The notes: generated by a model not told the origin, from the sequence alone. Counted from the stretch's first letter, positions 19,824-31,542 are shown. The stretch: DNA of 32,000 bases from Pseudomonas aeruginosa (GCF_001457615.1 NZ_LN831024.1:1710001-1742000), one strand, 5' to 3'. Numbers and translations are program-made.

Positions 19824-20294
19824 TCAGGCCTGGCTGAGCGGGCGTTGCCGGCTGCTCGAGGCGGTGCCGCCGCGGCTGTCGTACAGGCTCGGGGCGTCCT
19901 GGCCGCGGAGGATGTTCAGCAGGCTGCCGGTGGAAGCCTGGTTGGCGCGGATGATCCGCCCGTTGCGCAGGTTGGCCTGCTGGCAACGCTCCAGCAGTTC
20001 GCCCAGTTCGTCGCCGCGCGCCAGCAGCTCGGCGCCATCCGCACGCTCGCGGGCGTAGCGGGCAAGGCCTTCGCGGTCGAGGGAAACGCCGGCTTCGCGG
20101 AGGATTTCCGCGCGGGCCCGGCCATTTCGCTCCAGTTGCTGCATCAGTGGCTGCTTGGCCCCGAGAAGCTGTTGCAGGACCGGCAGCTCGCGCCGTTCCA
20201 GGGCCTGGAATTCTTCGTCGACCAACTGCAGGAGTTGGCTGGCGTGGCCGATATCCTCGGCGAACAGATCGAGCAGGGTAGGGGAGTCAGGCAT
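19824..20294 (-). CDS. flgN: flagellar export chaperone FlgN (156 aa)
   Basis: MPDSPTLLDLFAEDIGHASQLLQLVDEEFQALERRELPVLQQLLGAKQPLMQQLE..., located downstream of flgM. Confidence 0.85.
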   Translation of the reverse strand: MPDSPTLLDLFAEDIGHASQLLQLVDEEFQALERRELPVLQQLLGAKQPLMQQLERNGRARAEILREAGVSLDREGLARYARERADGAELLARGDELGELLERCQQANLRNGRIIRANQASTGSLLNILRGQDAPSLYDSRGGTASSSRQRPLSQA

Positions 20295-20348
20295 CTCGGG
20301 CTCGGGAGTTCATTCGGCGTCCAATGTCCTCCAGCGCGTCCTTCGAGG

Positions 20349-20765
<417 letters not shown>

Positions 20766-20816
20766 TTAGAGAAACCCGCCGGGGTAGCGCCAGCGCTACC
20801 GGCCACGGCTTTCCCT

Positions 20817-21554
20817 CTACATATTCACCTCGACCGTGCCGGGTTCTATCACGCGGGCCTTGATTATCCGCTGCGAGCGCAGGTTGCGCACGCGGATCTG
20901 CTGGCCCGGGGCGCCATCGGACAGCGCCTCGCCGGGCATCTTGACGTTGATGGTGGCGGTGCGTGCGAGGATCACCACCTGGTCGCCCTTGCGCACGGCC
21001 TCGGCCTGCTCGAGGAAGACCGGCGCCAGCACCTGGTCGTTGACCACCGGTCGGCGCAGCTTCTGCCCGACGACGCGGGCCGGATCGGTCAGGTAGCCCT
21101 GGGTCAGCAGGCCGACGTCGCGCTCGACCAGGGCGATGTCGGCATCCTCCAGCACGTGCGCGCGCTTGAGTGGCTGCACCGCGACCACTACCTGGCGGAA
21201 CAGTTTCACCTGCGCCGGCATGAAGATGGTCCAGGGCGCACTGCCTTCGCAACTGATGCGCACGGTGACCCTGCCGATCGGTTGTGCCGGACTTTCCTGG
21301 CTGAGCGTCAAGTCCCTGTCGCATTCGGCCAGGCGCAAGCGCGGGTCGACGCGATTGACCTGAATCTGGTAGCGCCCGTCGAGTCCGCTATTCTGCAGAT
21401 ATTCTTCTACCTTGAATTCAAGAAACCCCTGGGTGGAGCCGATAAGTACCTCGGGAGCGGTAAAACCCTGGGCCTGGCTGTTGTTAGCCGCGCACAGGTA
21501 GCCGAGCCCGAGCAAAACGGGTAAAAACCGTAGAGAAGTATGGCTACATGCCAT
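20817..21554 (-). CDS. flgA: flagellar P-ring assembly chaperone FlgA (245 aa from ATG 21554; alternative ATG at 21587)
   Basis: Signal peptide MACSHTSLRFLPVLLGLGYLCAANNSQAQG, SAF/FlgA C-terminal domain (GDQVVILARTATINVKMPGEALSDGAPGQQIRVRNLRSQRIIKARV). The sigma54 promoter position makes the ATG at 21587 essentially leaderless, so 21554 is preferred. The ORF-track start at 21647 is rejected. Confidence 0.82.
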   Translation of the reverse strand: MACSHTSLRFLPVLLGLGYLCAANNSQAQGFTAPEVLIGSTQGFLEFKVEEYLQNSGLDGRYQIQVNRVDPRLRLAECDRDLTLSQESPAQPIGRVTVRISCEGSAPWTIFMPAQVKLFRQVVVAVQPLKRAHVLEDADIALVERDVGLLTQGYLTDPARVVGQKLRRPVVNDQVLAPVFLEQAEAVRKGDQVVILARTATINVKMPGEALSDGAPGQQIRVRNLRSQRIIKARVIEPGTVEVNM

Positions 21555-21598
21555 TATTCGTCGAAAAACTGTCGTTGCCTGTTTCATGCAACGGGTTA

Positions 21599-21614
21599 AG
21601 CAATGGTCGTGCCG
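21599..21614 (-). promoter_or_regulatory. sigma54 (RpoN) promoter of flgA
   Basis: The minus strand reads CGGCACGACCATTGCT, against the consensus TGGCACG-N4-TTGCW, with correct GG/GC spacing. Confidence 0.65.
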
Positions 21615-21646
21615 GAGTCCGGCACGACCGTCTGAGGGGAGCGCCA

Positions 21647-22579
21647 ATGGCCGGTGTTTTGGATTCAGTCAACCAGCGTACGCAGTTGGTCGGACAGAAC
21701 CGTCTGGAGCTGCTTCTGTTCCGCCTGGACGGCAACCAGCTCTACGGCATCAACGTGTTCAAGGTGAAAGAGGTGTTGCAGTGCCCGCGCCTGACGGTGA
21801 TGCCCAAGTCCAGCCCGGTGGTGCGCGGGGTGGCGAACATCCGCGGAGGCACCATTCCGATCCTCGACCTGGCGCTGGCCACCGGCCGCCGCGGGTTGCA
21901 GGACCTGACCAACAGCTTCGCGATCATCACCGAGTACAACACCAAGGTGCAGGGCTTCCTGGTGCGCTCGGTGGAGCGCATCGTCAACATGAACTGGGAA
22001 GAGATCCATCCGCCACCCAAGGGCGCCGGCCGCGAGCATTACCTGACCGCGGTGACCCGGGTGGACAAGCAGTTGGTGGAAATCATCGACGTGGAAAAAG
22101 TGCTCGCGGAGGTCGCACCGACGTCCGAGGAAGTGTCCCACGGAGTGGTGGACGCCGAGACCCAGAGCCGCGCGGTGACCAAGCGGGTGCTGGTGGTGGA
22201 CGATTCGTCGGTGGCGCGCAAGCAGGTAATCCGTTGCCTGGAGGCGGTCGGCGTGGAAATGACCGCGCTCAACGACGGGCGCCAGGCCCTGGAGTACCTG
22301 CAGAACATGCTCTCCGAGGGACGGCGTCCGGAAGACGAGCTGCTGATGCTGATCTCCGACATCGAAATGCCGGAAATGGACGGTTATACCCTGACGGCGG
22401 AAATCCGTAGCGATCCCCGCCTGCAGAAACTGCACATTCTCTTGCATACTTCGTTGTCCGGGGTCTTCAACCAGGCGATGGTGAAGAAGGTCGGTGCGGA
22501 CGACTTCCTCGCCAAGTTCCGTCCGGACGATCTGGCGGCGCGGGTGGTGGAGCGGATCAAGGCGGTGGACGCGGGCTGA
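21647..22579 (+). CDS. cheV: CheV-type chemotaxis coupling protein (CheW domain + receiver, 310 aa)
   Basis: MAGVLDSVNQRTQLVGQNRLELLLFRLDGNQLYGINVFKVKEV... is the CheW-like domain. The C-terminal REC domain reads VLVVDDSSVARK...LMLISDIEMPEMDGY... Confidence 0.85.
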   Translation: MAGVLDSVNQRTQLVGQNRLELLLFRLDGNQLYGINVFKVKEVLQCPRLTVMPKSSPVVRGVANIRGGTIPILDLALATGRRGLQDLTNSFAIITEYNTKVQGFLVRSVERIVNMNWEEIHPPPKGAGREHYLTAVTRVDKQLVEIIDVEKVLAEVAPTSEEVSHGVVDAETQSRAVTKRVLVVDDSSVARKQVIRCLEAVGVEMTALNDGRQALEYLQNMLSEGRRPEDELLMLISDIEMPEMDGYTLTAEIRSDPRLQKLHILLHTSLSGVFNQAMVKKVGADDFLAKFRPDDLAARVVERIKAVDAG

Positions 22580-22655
22580 GCGATCGGCCCTCGACAACAA
22601 TGTGAATACGGGCGACCGGCTGCGTTCCGGTCGCCCAGGGCGAAGAGGCTTATGC

Positions 22656-23480
22656 GTGTCGGCAGCTAATGCGGATTTCGAGTTGTTCAGGGTCTTCCTC
22701 GAGAAGACCTGCGGCATTGTGCTGGGCAGCAACAAGCAGTACCTGGTCTCAAGCCGGCTGAACAAGCTGATGGAGCAGCAGGGCATCAAGAGCCTGGGAG
22801 AGCTGGTGCAGCGCATCCAGACCCAGCGCGGCGGCCTGCGCGAGATGGTGGTGGACGCGATGACCACCAACGAGACCCTGTGGTTTCGCGATACCTACCC
22901 GTTCGAGGTGCTCAAGCAGCGGGTTCTTCCCGAACTGATCAAGGCCAACGGCGGGCAGCGCCTGCGGATCTGGTCGGCGGCCTGTTCGTCAGGCCAGGAG
23001 CCGTACTCGCTGTCGATGGCCATCGACGAGTTCGAGAAGACCAACCTGGGGCAGTTGAAGGCGGGCGTGCAGATCGTCGCCACCGACCTGTCGGGGTCGA
23101 TGCTCACCGCCGCCAAGGCCGGCGAATACGACACCCTGGCGATGGGCCGCGGTCTGTCCCCGGAGCGTCTGCAACGCTATTTCGACGCCAAGGGACCGGG
23201 GCGCTGGGCGGTCAAGCCGGCGATCCGCAGCCGCGTCGAGTTCCGTGCCCTGAACCTGCTGGACAGCTACGCCAGCCTCGGCAAGTTCGACATGGTGTTC
23301 TGCCGCAACGTGCTGATCTATTTCTCCGCCGAGGTGAAGCGCGACATCCTGCTGCGCATCCATGGCACGCTCAAGCCTGGCGGCTACCTGTTCCTCGGCG
23401 CCTCCGAGGCGTTGAACAACCTGCCCGACCACTACCAGATGGTGCAGTGCAGCCCGGGCATCATCTACCGGGCCAAGTAG
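22656..23480 (+). CDS. cheR1: chemotaxis protein methyltransferase CheR (274 aa), GTG start
   Basis: (M)SAANADFELFRVFLEKTCGIVLGSNKQYLVSSRL..., SAM-binding region RIWSAACSSGQEPYSL, then CRNVLIYF. GAAGAGG lies 7 nt upstream of the GTG at 22656. Confidence 0.9.
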   Translation: MSAANADFELFRVFLEKTCGIVLGSNKQYLVSSRLNKLMEQQGIKSLGELVQRIQTQRGGLREMVVDAMTTNETLWFRDTYPFEVLKQRVLPELIKANGGQRLRIWSAACSSGQEPYSLSMAIDEFEKTNLGQLKAGVQIVATDLSGSMLTAAKAGEYDTLAMGRGLSPERLQRYFDAKGPGRWAVKPAIRSRVEFRALNLLDSYASLGKFDMVFCRNVLIYFSAEVKRDILLRIHGTLKPGGYLFLGASEALNNLPDHYQMVQCSPGIIYRAK

Positions 23481-23487
23481 CGCAAGG

Positions 23488-23546
23488 AAGCGGACCCGCG
23501 CCAGGTTGCGCCGGGGGTGACCTGGCAGCCTGGCGCGGGTCCGCTT
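23488..23546 (+). terminator. long perfect inverted repeat downstream of cheR (18-bp arms, 23-nt loop)
   Basis: AAGCGGACCCGCGCCAGG ... CCTGGCGCGGGTCCGCTT begins 8 nt after the cheR stop. No U-tract follows. Confidence 0.45.
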
Positions 23547-23683
23547 GGGACGGGCAGGTGGGACGAGACTTTCGCCCACTGCCCAGGCTCCGAGCGCCAC
23601 GCGCGGCGGCGCCGTCGCAGCCCGCTCGGCACAGGACGGCTGGCTCGGAGCGGGGCAGTTTAGGACTGCGCGATCTAGTTGTA

Positions 23684-23712
23684 TTGACAGATATTTCTGA
23701 TAGTCAGGTGAT
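23684..23712 (+). promoter_or_regulatory. candidate sigma70-like promoter for hsbA-hsbR (TTGACA-N17-GGTGAT) in an AT-rich patch
   Basis: It has a perfect -35 hexamer but a weak -10. It is the only AT-rich patch in the 315-nt cheR-hsbA spacer. Confidence 0.3.
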
Positions 23713-23794
23713 CTGGCAAGTTGCCGCTTTGCCGGGGAACTGCTTACATGATTCAAGCCTTCCCTCGATCCGCCACGCCTACCAGGAGACTTCC

Positions 23795-24100
23795 ATGGCC
23801 ATCACTGCGCTGCCCTCGGCCGATGGGCAAGAGTTGACCATCCAGATCCAGGGGCGCTTCGACTTCGGGGCCCATCAGGATTTCCGCGATGCCTACGAGC
23901 GGGTCGCGATCACTCCGCGACGCTATGTCGTCGACCTGCGCAACGCCACCTACCTGGACAGCTCGGCCCTCGGCATGCTCCTGCTGCTGCGCGACCACGC
24001 CGGCGGCGAGAACGCGCAGATAAGCCTGGCGAACTGTAGCCCGGAAGTGCGCAAGATCCTCGCCATCTCCAACTTCGAGCAGTTGTTCAAGATCAGCTGA
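23795..24100 (+). CDS. hsbA: STAS-domain anti-sigma-factor antagonist HsbA (101 aa)
   Basis: MAITALPSADGQELTIQIQGRFDFGAHQDFRDAY...YLDSSALGMLLLLRD... with an AGGAGA RBS. The ORF-track entry 22880..24100 is an unsupported upstream extension. Confidence 0.9.
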   Translation: MAITALPSADGQELTIQIQGRFDFGAHQDFRDAYERVAITPRRYVVDLRNATYLDSSALGMLLLLRDHAGGENAQISLANCSPEVRKILAISNFEQLFKIS

Positions 24101-24101
24101 A

Positions 24102-25817
24102 ATGAATCCCCCGGCGGCGCGGATCGAGAGCCTGACGATTCTCATCGCCGAGGACAACGCGGCCGACCGCCTGCTGCTGTCGACCATCGTGAGCCGCCAG
24201 GGGCATCGCGTGCTGACCGCCGGCAACGGCCTGGAGGCGGTGGCGCTGTTCGAGACCGAGCGGCCGCAACTGGTCCTGATGGACGTGATGATGCCGGTGA
24301 TGGATGGCTTCGAGGCTGCCCGGCGGATCAAGCAGCAGGCCGGCGAGGAGTTGGTGCCGATCATCTTCCTCACCTCCCTCAGCGAAACCGAGGCGCTGGT
24401 GCAGAGCCTGGAGGCGGGCGGCGACGACTTCCTCTCCAAGCCGTACAACCGGGTGATCCTCGAAGCCAAGATCAACGCCATGGGACGCCTGCACCTGCTG
24501 CAACGAACGGTGCTGGAGCAGCGCGACCTGATCGTCCGGCACAACGAGCACCTGCTCAACGAACAGCGGGTGGCCAAGGCGGTGTTCGACAAGGTGGCCC
24601 ATTCCGGCTGCCTGAACGCCAGCAACGTGCGCTACCTGCAATCGCCCCTCGCGCTGTTCAACGGCGACCTGCTGCTGGCCGCCTACAAGCCGTCCGGCGG
24701 CATGCACGTGCTGCTCGGCGACTTCACCGGCCACGGCCTGCCGGCGGCGATCGGCGCGATGCCGCTGGCCGAGGTGTTCTACGGGATGACCGCCAAGGGC
24801 TATCCGATGGCCGACATCCTCCGCGAGATGAACGCCAAGCTGAAGCGCATCCTGCCGGTCGGCGTGTTCTGCTGCGCCACCTTGCTCAACCTGAGCTTCC
24901 AGCGCGAACTGGTGGAGGTCTGGAACGGCGGCTTGCCGGACGGCTACCTGCTGCGCGCCGCCAGCGGCGAGCGGGTCGCCCTGGTGTCCCGCCACCTGCC
25001 GCTGGGAATCCTCGAACCGGCGGCGTTCAGCGACCGTTGCGAAACCTATCCGCTGGATATCGAAGATCGGATATTCCTGTTTTCCGACGGGGTCCTCGAG
25101 GCCAGCAACAAGGCTGGCGAGATGTTCGGCGAGGCGCGGCTGCTCCAGCTGTTCGAGCGCAATCGCCAGCCGTCCGCGCTGTTCGACGAGATCCAGCGCA
25201 GCCTGGCGCAGTTCCGCGGCGCGGTGCAGGACGACGTGAGCATGCTCGAAGTGCGGCTGCAGCCGGATAGCGGCCTGCAATGCCCGCCGCTGGCGTTTTC
25301 CGATAGCGGCGTGAGCAGTCCGCTGGACTGGTCGGTGAGCTTCGAATTCCGCGCCGAAACCCTCAAGCATTTCAACCCGCTGCCCCATGTGCTGCAACTG
25401 CTGCTCGAGGTCCACGACCTGCGCGCGCGCGGCGGCGCGCTGTATACGGTACTCGCCGAACTCTATTCGAACGCCCTGGAACATGGCGTCATCGGCCTCG
25501 ATTCGACGATGAAGAGCGACGCGGCGGGATTCGCCCGCTATTACCAGGAGCGGGTCAGCCGCCTGCAGGCCTTGCGCGACGGCTACGTGCGACTGCACCT
25601 GGACCTGGCGCCGCATGGCGCGGGGGGGCGTCTGCTGGTGCGGGTCGAGGACAGCGGCGAAGGTTTCGACGTGGAGCGCGCGCTGAATGCTGTGGAGCGC
25701 CAGGAACGCCTCTGCGGCAGGGGTTTGCGCCTGATCCGCGAATTGTCCGATCGTTGCCAGTGGTCGGCCGACGGAAAGGTGGTGTCCGTGGAGTTTTTCT
25801 GGTCGCCTCAGGCATAA
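24102..25817 (+). CDS. hsbR: HsbR: response-regulator receiver + PP2C (SpoIIE) phosphatase + RsbW-like kinase domain (571 aa)
   Basis: REC domain (ILIAEDNAADRLLL...LVLMDVMMPVMDG), PP2C region (GDFTGHGLPAAIGA ... LFSDGVLE), and a C-terminal HATPase-like region (LAELYSNALEHG...VEDSGEGFD). Confidence 0.9.
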   Translation: MNPPAARIESLTILIAEDNAADRLLLSTIVSRQGHRVLTAGNGLEAVALFETERPQLVLMDVMMPVMDGFEAARRIKQQAGEELVPIIFLTSLSETEALVQSLEAGGDDFLSKPYNRVILEAKINAMGRLHLLQRTVLEQRDLIVRHNEHLLNEQRVAKAVFDKVAHSGCLNASNVRYLQSPLALFNGDLLLAAYKPSGGMHVLLGDFTGHGLPAAIGAMPLAEVFYGMTAKGYPMADILREMNAKLKRILPVGVFCCATLLNLSFQRELVEVWNGGLPDGYLLRAASGERVALVSRHLPLGILEPAAFSDRCETYPLDIEDRIFLFSDGVLEASNKAGEMFGEARLLQLFERNRQPSALFDEIQRSLAQFRGAVQDDVSMLEVRLQPDSGLQCPPLAFSDSGVSSPLDWSVSFEFRAETLKHFNPLPHVLQLLLEVHDLRARGGALYTVLAELYSNALEHGVIGLDSTMKSDAAGFARYYQERVSRLQALRDGYVRLHLDLAPHGAGGRLLVRVEDSGEGFDVERALNAVERQERLCGRGLRLIRELSDRCQWSADGKVVSVEFFWSPQA

Positions 25818-25882
25818 TCGCGCTTTCGTCGCGGTGCTCCTAATGGGTAGGGCATCGGAAGTCGACTTCAGGGAGCGATCGA

Positions 25883-26233
25883 ATGTCCGCGCCGCATCTC
25901 GATGATCGTGTTCTGGCTTCGCTGCAGGAGGTCATGGAGGACGAATATCCGGTCCTGCTGGATACCTTCGTGCTCGACTCCGAGGAGCGCCTGCGCAGCC
26001 TGCATGCCGCCCTTCAGGCCGGCGATGCCCAGGCTTTGCGGCATACCGCACACAGCTTCAAGGGAGGCAGCAGCAACATGGGCGCGGTACTCCTCGCCGG
26101 CTACTGCAAGGAGCTGGAGGAAAGCGCCAGGCGCGGCGACCTGCAACGGGCGCCGGCGCTGATCGAACAGATGGAGCGCGAATTCGCCATCGTCCGCATC
26201 CTTTTCAAACAGGAACGTCAGCGCTATCGCTGA
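25883..26233 (+). CDS. hptB: histidine phosphotransfer protein HptB (116 aa)
   Basis: Hpt motif [13 protein letters not shown]. Confidence 0.9.
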   Translation: MSAPHLDDRVLASLQEVMEDEYPVLLDTFVLDSEERLRSLHAALQAGDAQALRHTAHSFKGGSSNMGAVLLAGYCKELEESARRGDLQRAPALIEQMEREFAIVRILFKQERQRYR

Positions 26234-26316
26234 GGTTTTCGTCCTTTCCGGCGACAAGGTACCGGCCCGATCGAGCCTCCCTGGCGTATAATGCGCCGCT
26301 CGATTTGGAGTCCTTC

Positions 26317-28455
<2,139 letters not shown>

Positions 28456-28516
28456 TATGGCCATTTGCCGGTATTTTCTGACGCCAATCTTGTGACGTCC
28501 TTCGCAAGCGTCTACT

Positions 28517-29713
28517 GTGACGCCAAGCCCTCCAAGAGAAGAGGTGTGCGTGACACAGAAGGACCGGTTGGACGACTCCCGTTCCAACCTCTATGCCGAC
28601 CAATTGAACCGCGGTTTCCGCGGTCTGCGTTTCCTTCCCGAACTGGAGCGTGACTACCGGCGCTACATGCTGGAGGACAGCTTCGCGCTGAAACGCATCG
28701 CCCTCAGCGTCGGCATGCTCGTCTGGCTGGCGTTCATCGGCATCGACCTGCTGATCCTCGCTGGTCCCCCGCTGTGGGGCGTACTGGCGGTGCGCCTTGG
28801 CGTGCTGGTCCTGCTACTGGTCTGCGGCTGCCTGATCATGCTGCGCCGGCACATCCAGCTGATGGTGCCGCTGAGCATCGCCTGCGTCCTCGCCCTTGGC
28901 GTCGGTGCGGCGGCGGTGGTCGGCCTGGCGCATCGGGCGGATCCCGGCTATCCCTACGAAGGCCTGCTGCTGGTCAGTTTCGCCGCCTATTTCCTCGCCG
29001 GCCTGCGGTTGTCGCAGGCATTGAGCTGTGCGTTGGTCGTGCTGCTCGCCTACCTGGGTTTCGAGTGGTGGGCGGGTACCCAGGAGCCGCTGGGCAACAA
29101 CCTGCTGTTCCTGCTGTTCGGTAACCTGATCGGCGCGGTCGGCTGCTACCTGCTGGAGTTCAAGTCGCGCGAGCATTTCCTCATCAGCCGCCTGTTGCGG
29201 GTGATGGCCGACCACGACAGCCTGACCGGCCTGCACAACCGGCGCAGCTTCAACCAGCACCTCGACCGCCTCTGGCGCCAGGCCCAGCGCGAACAGAAGA
29301 CCCTGGCGCTGCTGCTTTGCGACGTCGACCATTTCAAGGCCTATAACGACCGCTACGGACACCAGGCTGGCGATGCGGTCCTGCAGCGCATCGGCGCGGT
29401 GTTCGAGGCGAATGCCAGGCGTCCGCTGGACATGGCGGTGCGCCTGGGCGGCGAAGAGTTCGCCCTGTTGCTGTACGGCGCCAACGAGCACGAGGCGAGG
29501 CTGCGCGCGGAAGCGCTGCGCGCACAGGTCCAGGCGCTGCGCATGGAGCACGAGGCGTCGGACACGGCGCGCGAAGTGACCCTGTCGGTCGGCGTGTCCT
29601 GCCTGTGGCCGACCCCGGGCAACGACCTGAAGCGTCTCTACGATCTCTACGAGCATGCCGATCGCGCGCTTTACGAAGCCAAGGCGTTCGGCCGTAACCA
29701 GGTGGTGGCCTGA
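28517..29713 (+). CDS. hsbD: membrane-anchored diguanylate cyclase HsbD (GGDEF); alternative GTG start at 28550
   Basis: There are 5-6 N-terminal TM helices. The GGDEF domain follows (DSLTGLHNRRSF...RLGGEEFALLL...), with an RxxD-like I-site region upstream of GGEEF. Confidence 0.85.
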   Translation: MTPSPPREEVCVTQKDRLDDSRSNLYADQLNRGFRGLRFLPELERDYRRYMLEDSFALKRIALSVGMLVWLAFIGIDLLILAGPPLWGVLAVRLGVLVLLLVCGCLIMLRRHIQLMVPLSIACVLALGVGAAAVVGLAHRADPGYPYEGLLLVSFAAYFLAGLRLSQALSCALVVLLAYLGFEWWAGTQEPLGNNLLFLLFGNLIGAVGCYLLEFKSREHFLISRLLRVMADHDSLTGLHNRRSFNQHLDRLWRQAQREQKTLALLLCDVDHFKAYNDRYGHQAGDAVLQRIGAVFEANARRPLDMAVRLGGEEFALLLYGANEHEARLRAEALRAQVQALRMEHEASDTAREVTLSVGVSCLWPTPGNDLKRLYDLYEHADRALYEAKAFGRNQVVA

Positions 29714-29863
29714 GTCCATGGCCGATTTTGTCCCTGTGGCTGGCGCCGCCGGTGACTGCGTGACGAGGCGGCGAATGCTAGGTTCGACAGGAAAAAATGC
29801 CAGGCACGGCCGCTCTTCGCAGAGCTGCCGGCCCCACCGCGAGACGACTTCCGGACGGACCCC

Positions 29864-30880
29864 ATGCAGCGCTTGATCCAGGCCAACGGCCAACCGCACT
29901 ACGGCATCTTCCCGAGTGCCCCGCAGCACATCAATTACCGCGATTTCGACTTCCGTTCGCCGATGGGCCGGCGCGTGGGGGCCCTGGGAAAATGGCGACG
30001 CTTCCATCAGTTCCAGTACTTCGGCCTGATCAGCCCGGAGCTGATCGGCGGCTGCGCCCTGGCCCAGCTGAGCTTGCTTGGCGTCGGCTTCGTCTACCTC
30101 TACCAGCCTTCCAGCGGACGCATGCTGGAGCGGCGCTTCAAGCTGCCGCTGGGGTTCGGAACCCGGTTTTCCCAGACCCCGGACGACGGCGTCTGCGAAC
30201 TGCGCCAGGGGCGCAACCTGCTACGCCTGGAGAACCGTATGGCTCACCGGGAGAAACGCCTGCTGGTGGAACTCGACGATGGCACCCGCATCGACGCCTG
30301 CTTCAGCGAGGAGGCGCCGAGCTTCCAGCCGATGTGCCTATGTACGCCGACCGCGGTGAACGGCTGGGTCTACGCGCAGAAGGTGGCCGGCGTGCGCTGT
30401 CGCGGCGACGTGCGCAGCGCCCTCGGCGACCACGACCTGCAGGCGCTGGACGCCTTCGCCCATCACGACTGGTCGGCGGGCTACATGCGCCCGGAAACCT
30501 TCTGGAACTGGGCTTGCCTGTCCGGCGAGGCGGACGGCTTGCGGGTCGGCCTGAACCTGTCGTGCGGAGTCAACGAGACCAGCTTCACCGAGAACTGCTA
30601 CTGGCTGGACGGCGAACTGCTGAAGGTCGACAGCGTGCGCTTCGACTTCGACCGCGACCAGCCGCTGCGGCCCTGGACCATCCGTTCATACGATGGCCAG
30701 GTGGAGCTGCGCTTCGAGGCTCACGGCATGCATCAGGAGCGGCTGAACCTCGGTCTGCTGGCGAGCAACTTCAAGCAGATATTCGGTTGTTTCAGCGGTG
30801 TGCTGCGTCCGCGAGGTCGTGCCGAGGTGAGGATCGAGCGGCTCTGGGGCTTCGTCGAGGACCAGTACGCGAAGTGGTAG
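29864..30880 (+). CDS. DUF2804-like protein (338 aa)
   Basis: MQRLIQANGQPHYGIFPSAPQHINYRDFDF...FQYFGLISPELIGGCALAQLSLLGVGFVYLY... The family is assigned from memory of the PAO1 PA3342 position. Confidence 0.65.
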   Translation: MQRLIQANGQPHYGIFPSAPQHINYRDFDFRSPMGRRVGALGKWRRFHQFQYFGLISPELIGGCALAQLSLLGVGFVYLYQPSSGRMLERRFKLPLGFGTRFSQTPDDGVCELRQGRNLLRLENRMAHREKRLLVELDDGTRIDACFSEEAPSFQPMCLCTPTAVNGWVYAQKVAGVRCRGDVRSALGDHDLQALDAFAHHDWSAGYMRPETFWNWACLSGEADGLRVGLNLSCGVNETSFTENCYWLDGELLKVDSVRFDFDRDQPLRPWTIRSYDGQVELRFEAHGMHQERLNLGLLASNFKQIFGCFSGVLRPRGRAEVRIERLWGFVEDQYAKW

Positions 30881-30944
30881 ACAGGGCCTGGCCTGGGCAT
30901 ATCGTGCGACAATTTGTCATTGTACGGGGGGGAATTGGACGGGC

Positions 30945-30969
30945 ATTATTAGCCGACTAATAATTAGTC
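30945..30969. promoter_or_regulatory. overlapping palindromic operators upstream of the MarR-family gene
   Basis: ATTATTAG-ccga-CTAATAAT at 30945..30964 has perfect 8-bp arms. It overlaps GACTAAT-a-ATTAGTC at 30955..30969. Both lie 29-53 nt upstream of the ATG, in an AT-rich patch. Confidence 0.5.
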
Positions 30970-30997
30970 AAATGAAATATCGGACCTCCTTTTTCCT

Positions 30998-31432
30998 ATG
31001 GCTCAGACAGACAAGCACTATTTCGGCACCTTGCTAGCCCAGACTTCCCGTGCTTGGCGCGCTGAACTCGACCGCCGCCTCAGTCACCTCGGCCTGTCCC
31101 AGGCGCGCTGGTTGGTGTTGTTGCATCTGGCGCGCCATCGCGATTCGCCCACCCAGCGCGAGTTGGCCCAATCGGTCGGGGTCGAAGGCCCGACCCTGGC
31201 GCGGCTGCTCGACGGCCTCGAGTCCCAGGGCCTGGTACGGCGCCTGGCGGTGGCGGAGGACCGGCGGGCCAAGCACATCGTGCTGACTCCCAAGGCCGAT
31301 GTGCTGATCGCCGATATCGAGGCCATCGCCGCCAGCGTTCGCAACGACGTACTGACCGGCATCGACGAGTCCGAGCAGGCGCTGTGCCAGCAGGTGCTCT
31401 TGCGAATCCTGGCGAACCTGGAAAAGCGCTGA
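30998..31432 (+). CDS. MarR-family transcriptional regulator (144 aa)
   Basis: Winged-helix region LSQARWLVLLHLARHRDSPTQRELAQSVGVEGPTLARLLDGLESQGLVRRLAVAEDRRAKHIVLT. Confidence 0.85.
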   Translation: MAQTDKHYFGTLLAQTSRAWRAELDRRLSHLGLSQARWLVLLHLARHRDSPTQRELAQSVGVEGPTLARLLDGLESQGLVRRLAVAEDRRAKHIVLTPKADVLIADIEAIAASVRNDVLTGIDESEQALCQQVLLRILANLEKR

Positions 31433-31542
31433 GCACTGCGTCACGAAATTCCGCTAGAATCGCCATTTTTATGGCATCACCTCCTGGGCTTTCGTCCGAA
31501 AGCCCTCTACAGAGGTTTTCGTCGGTTTTCTGACGAAAAATC

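Noticed and set aside
21480-21646. sigma28 promoter for cheV
   Set aside because: I scanned for TAAAG-N15-GCCGATAA upstream of cheV and found no acceptable match. The only strong alternative-sigma motif there is the sigma54 site, which faces flgA.
26251-26292. Full sigma70 promoter for recQ
   Set aside because: TATAAT at 26287-26292 is perfect, but no TTGACA-like hexamer lies 16-19 nt upstream (GCGACA is 30 nt away). It is noted only as supporting evidence under recQ.
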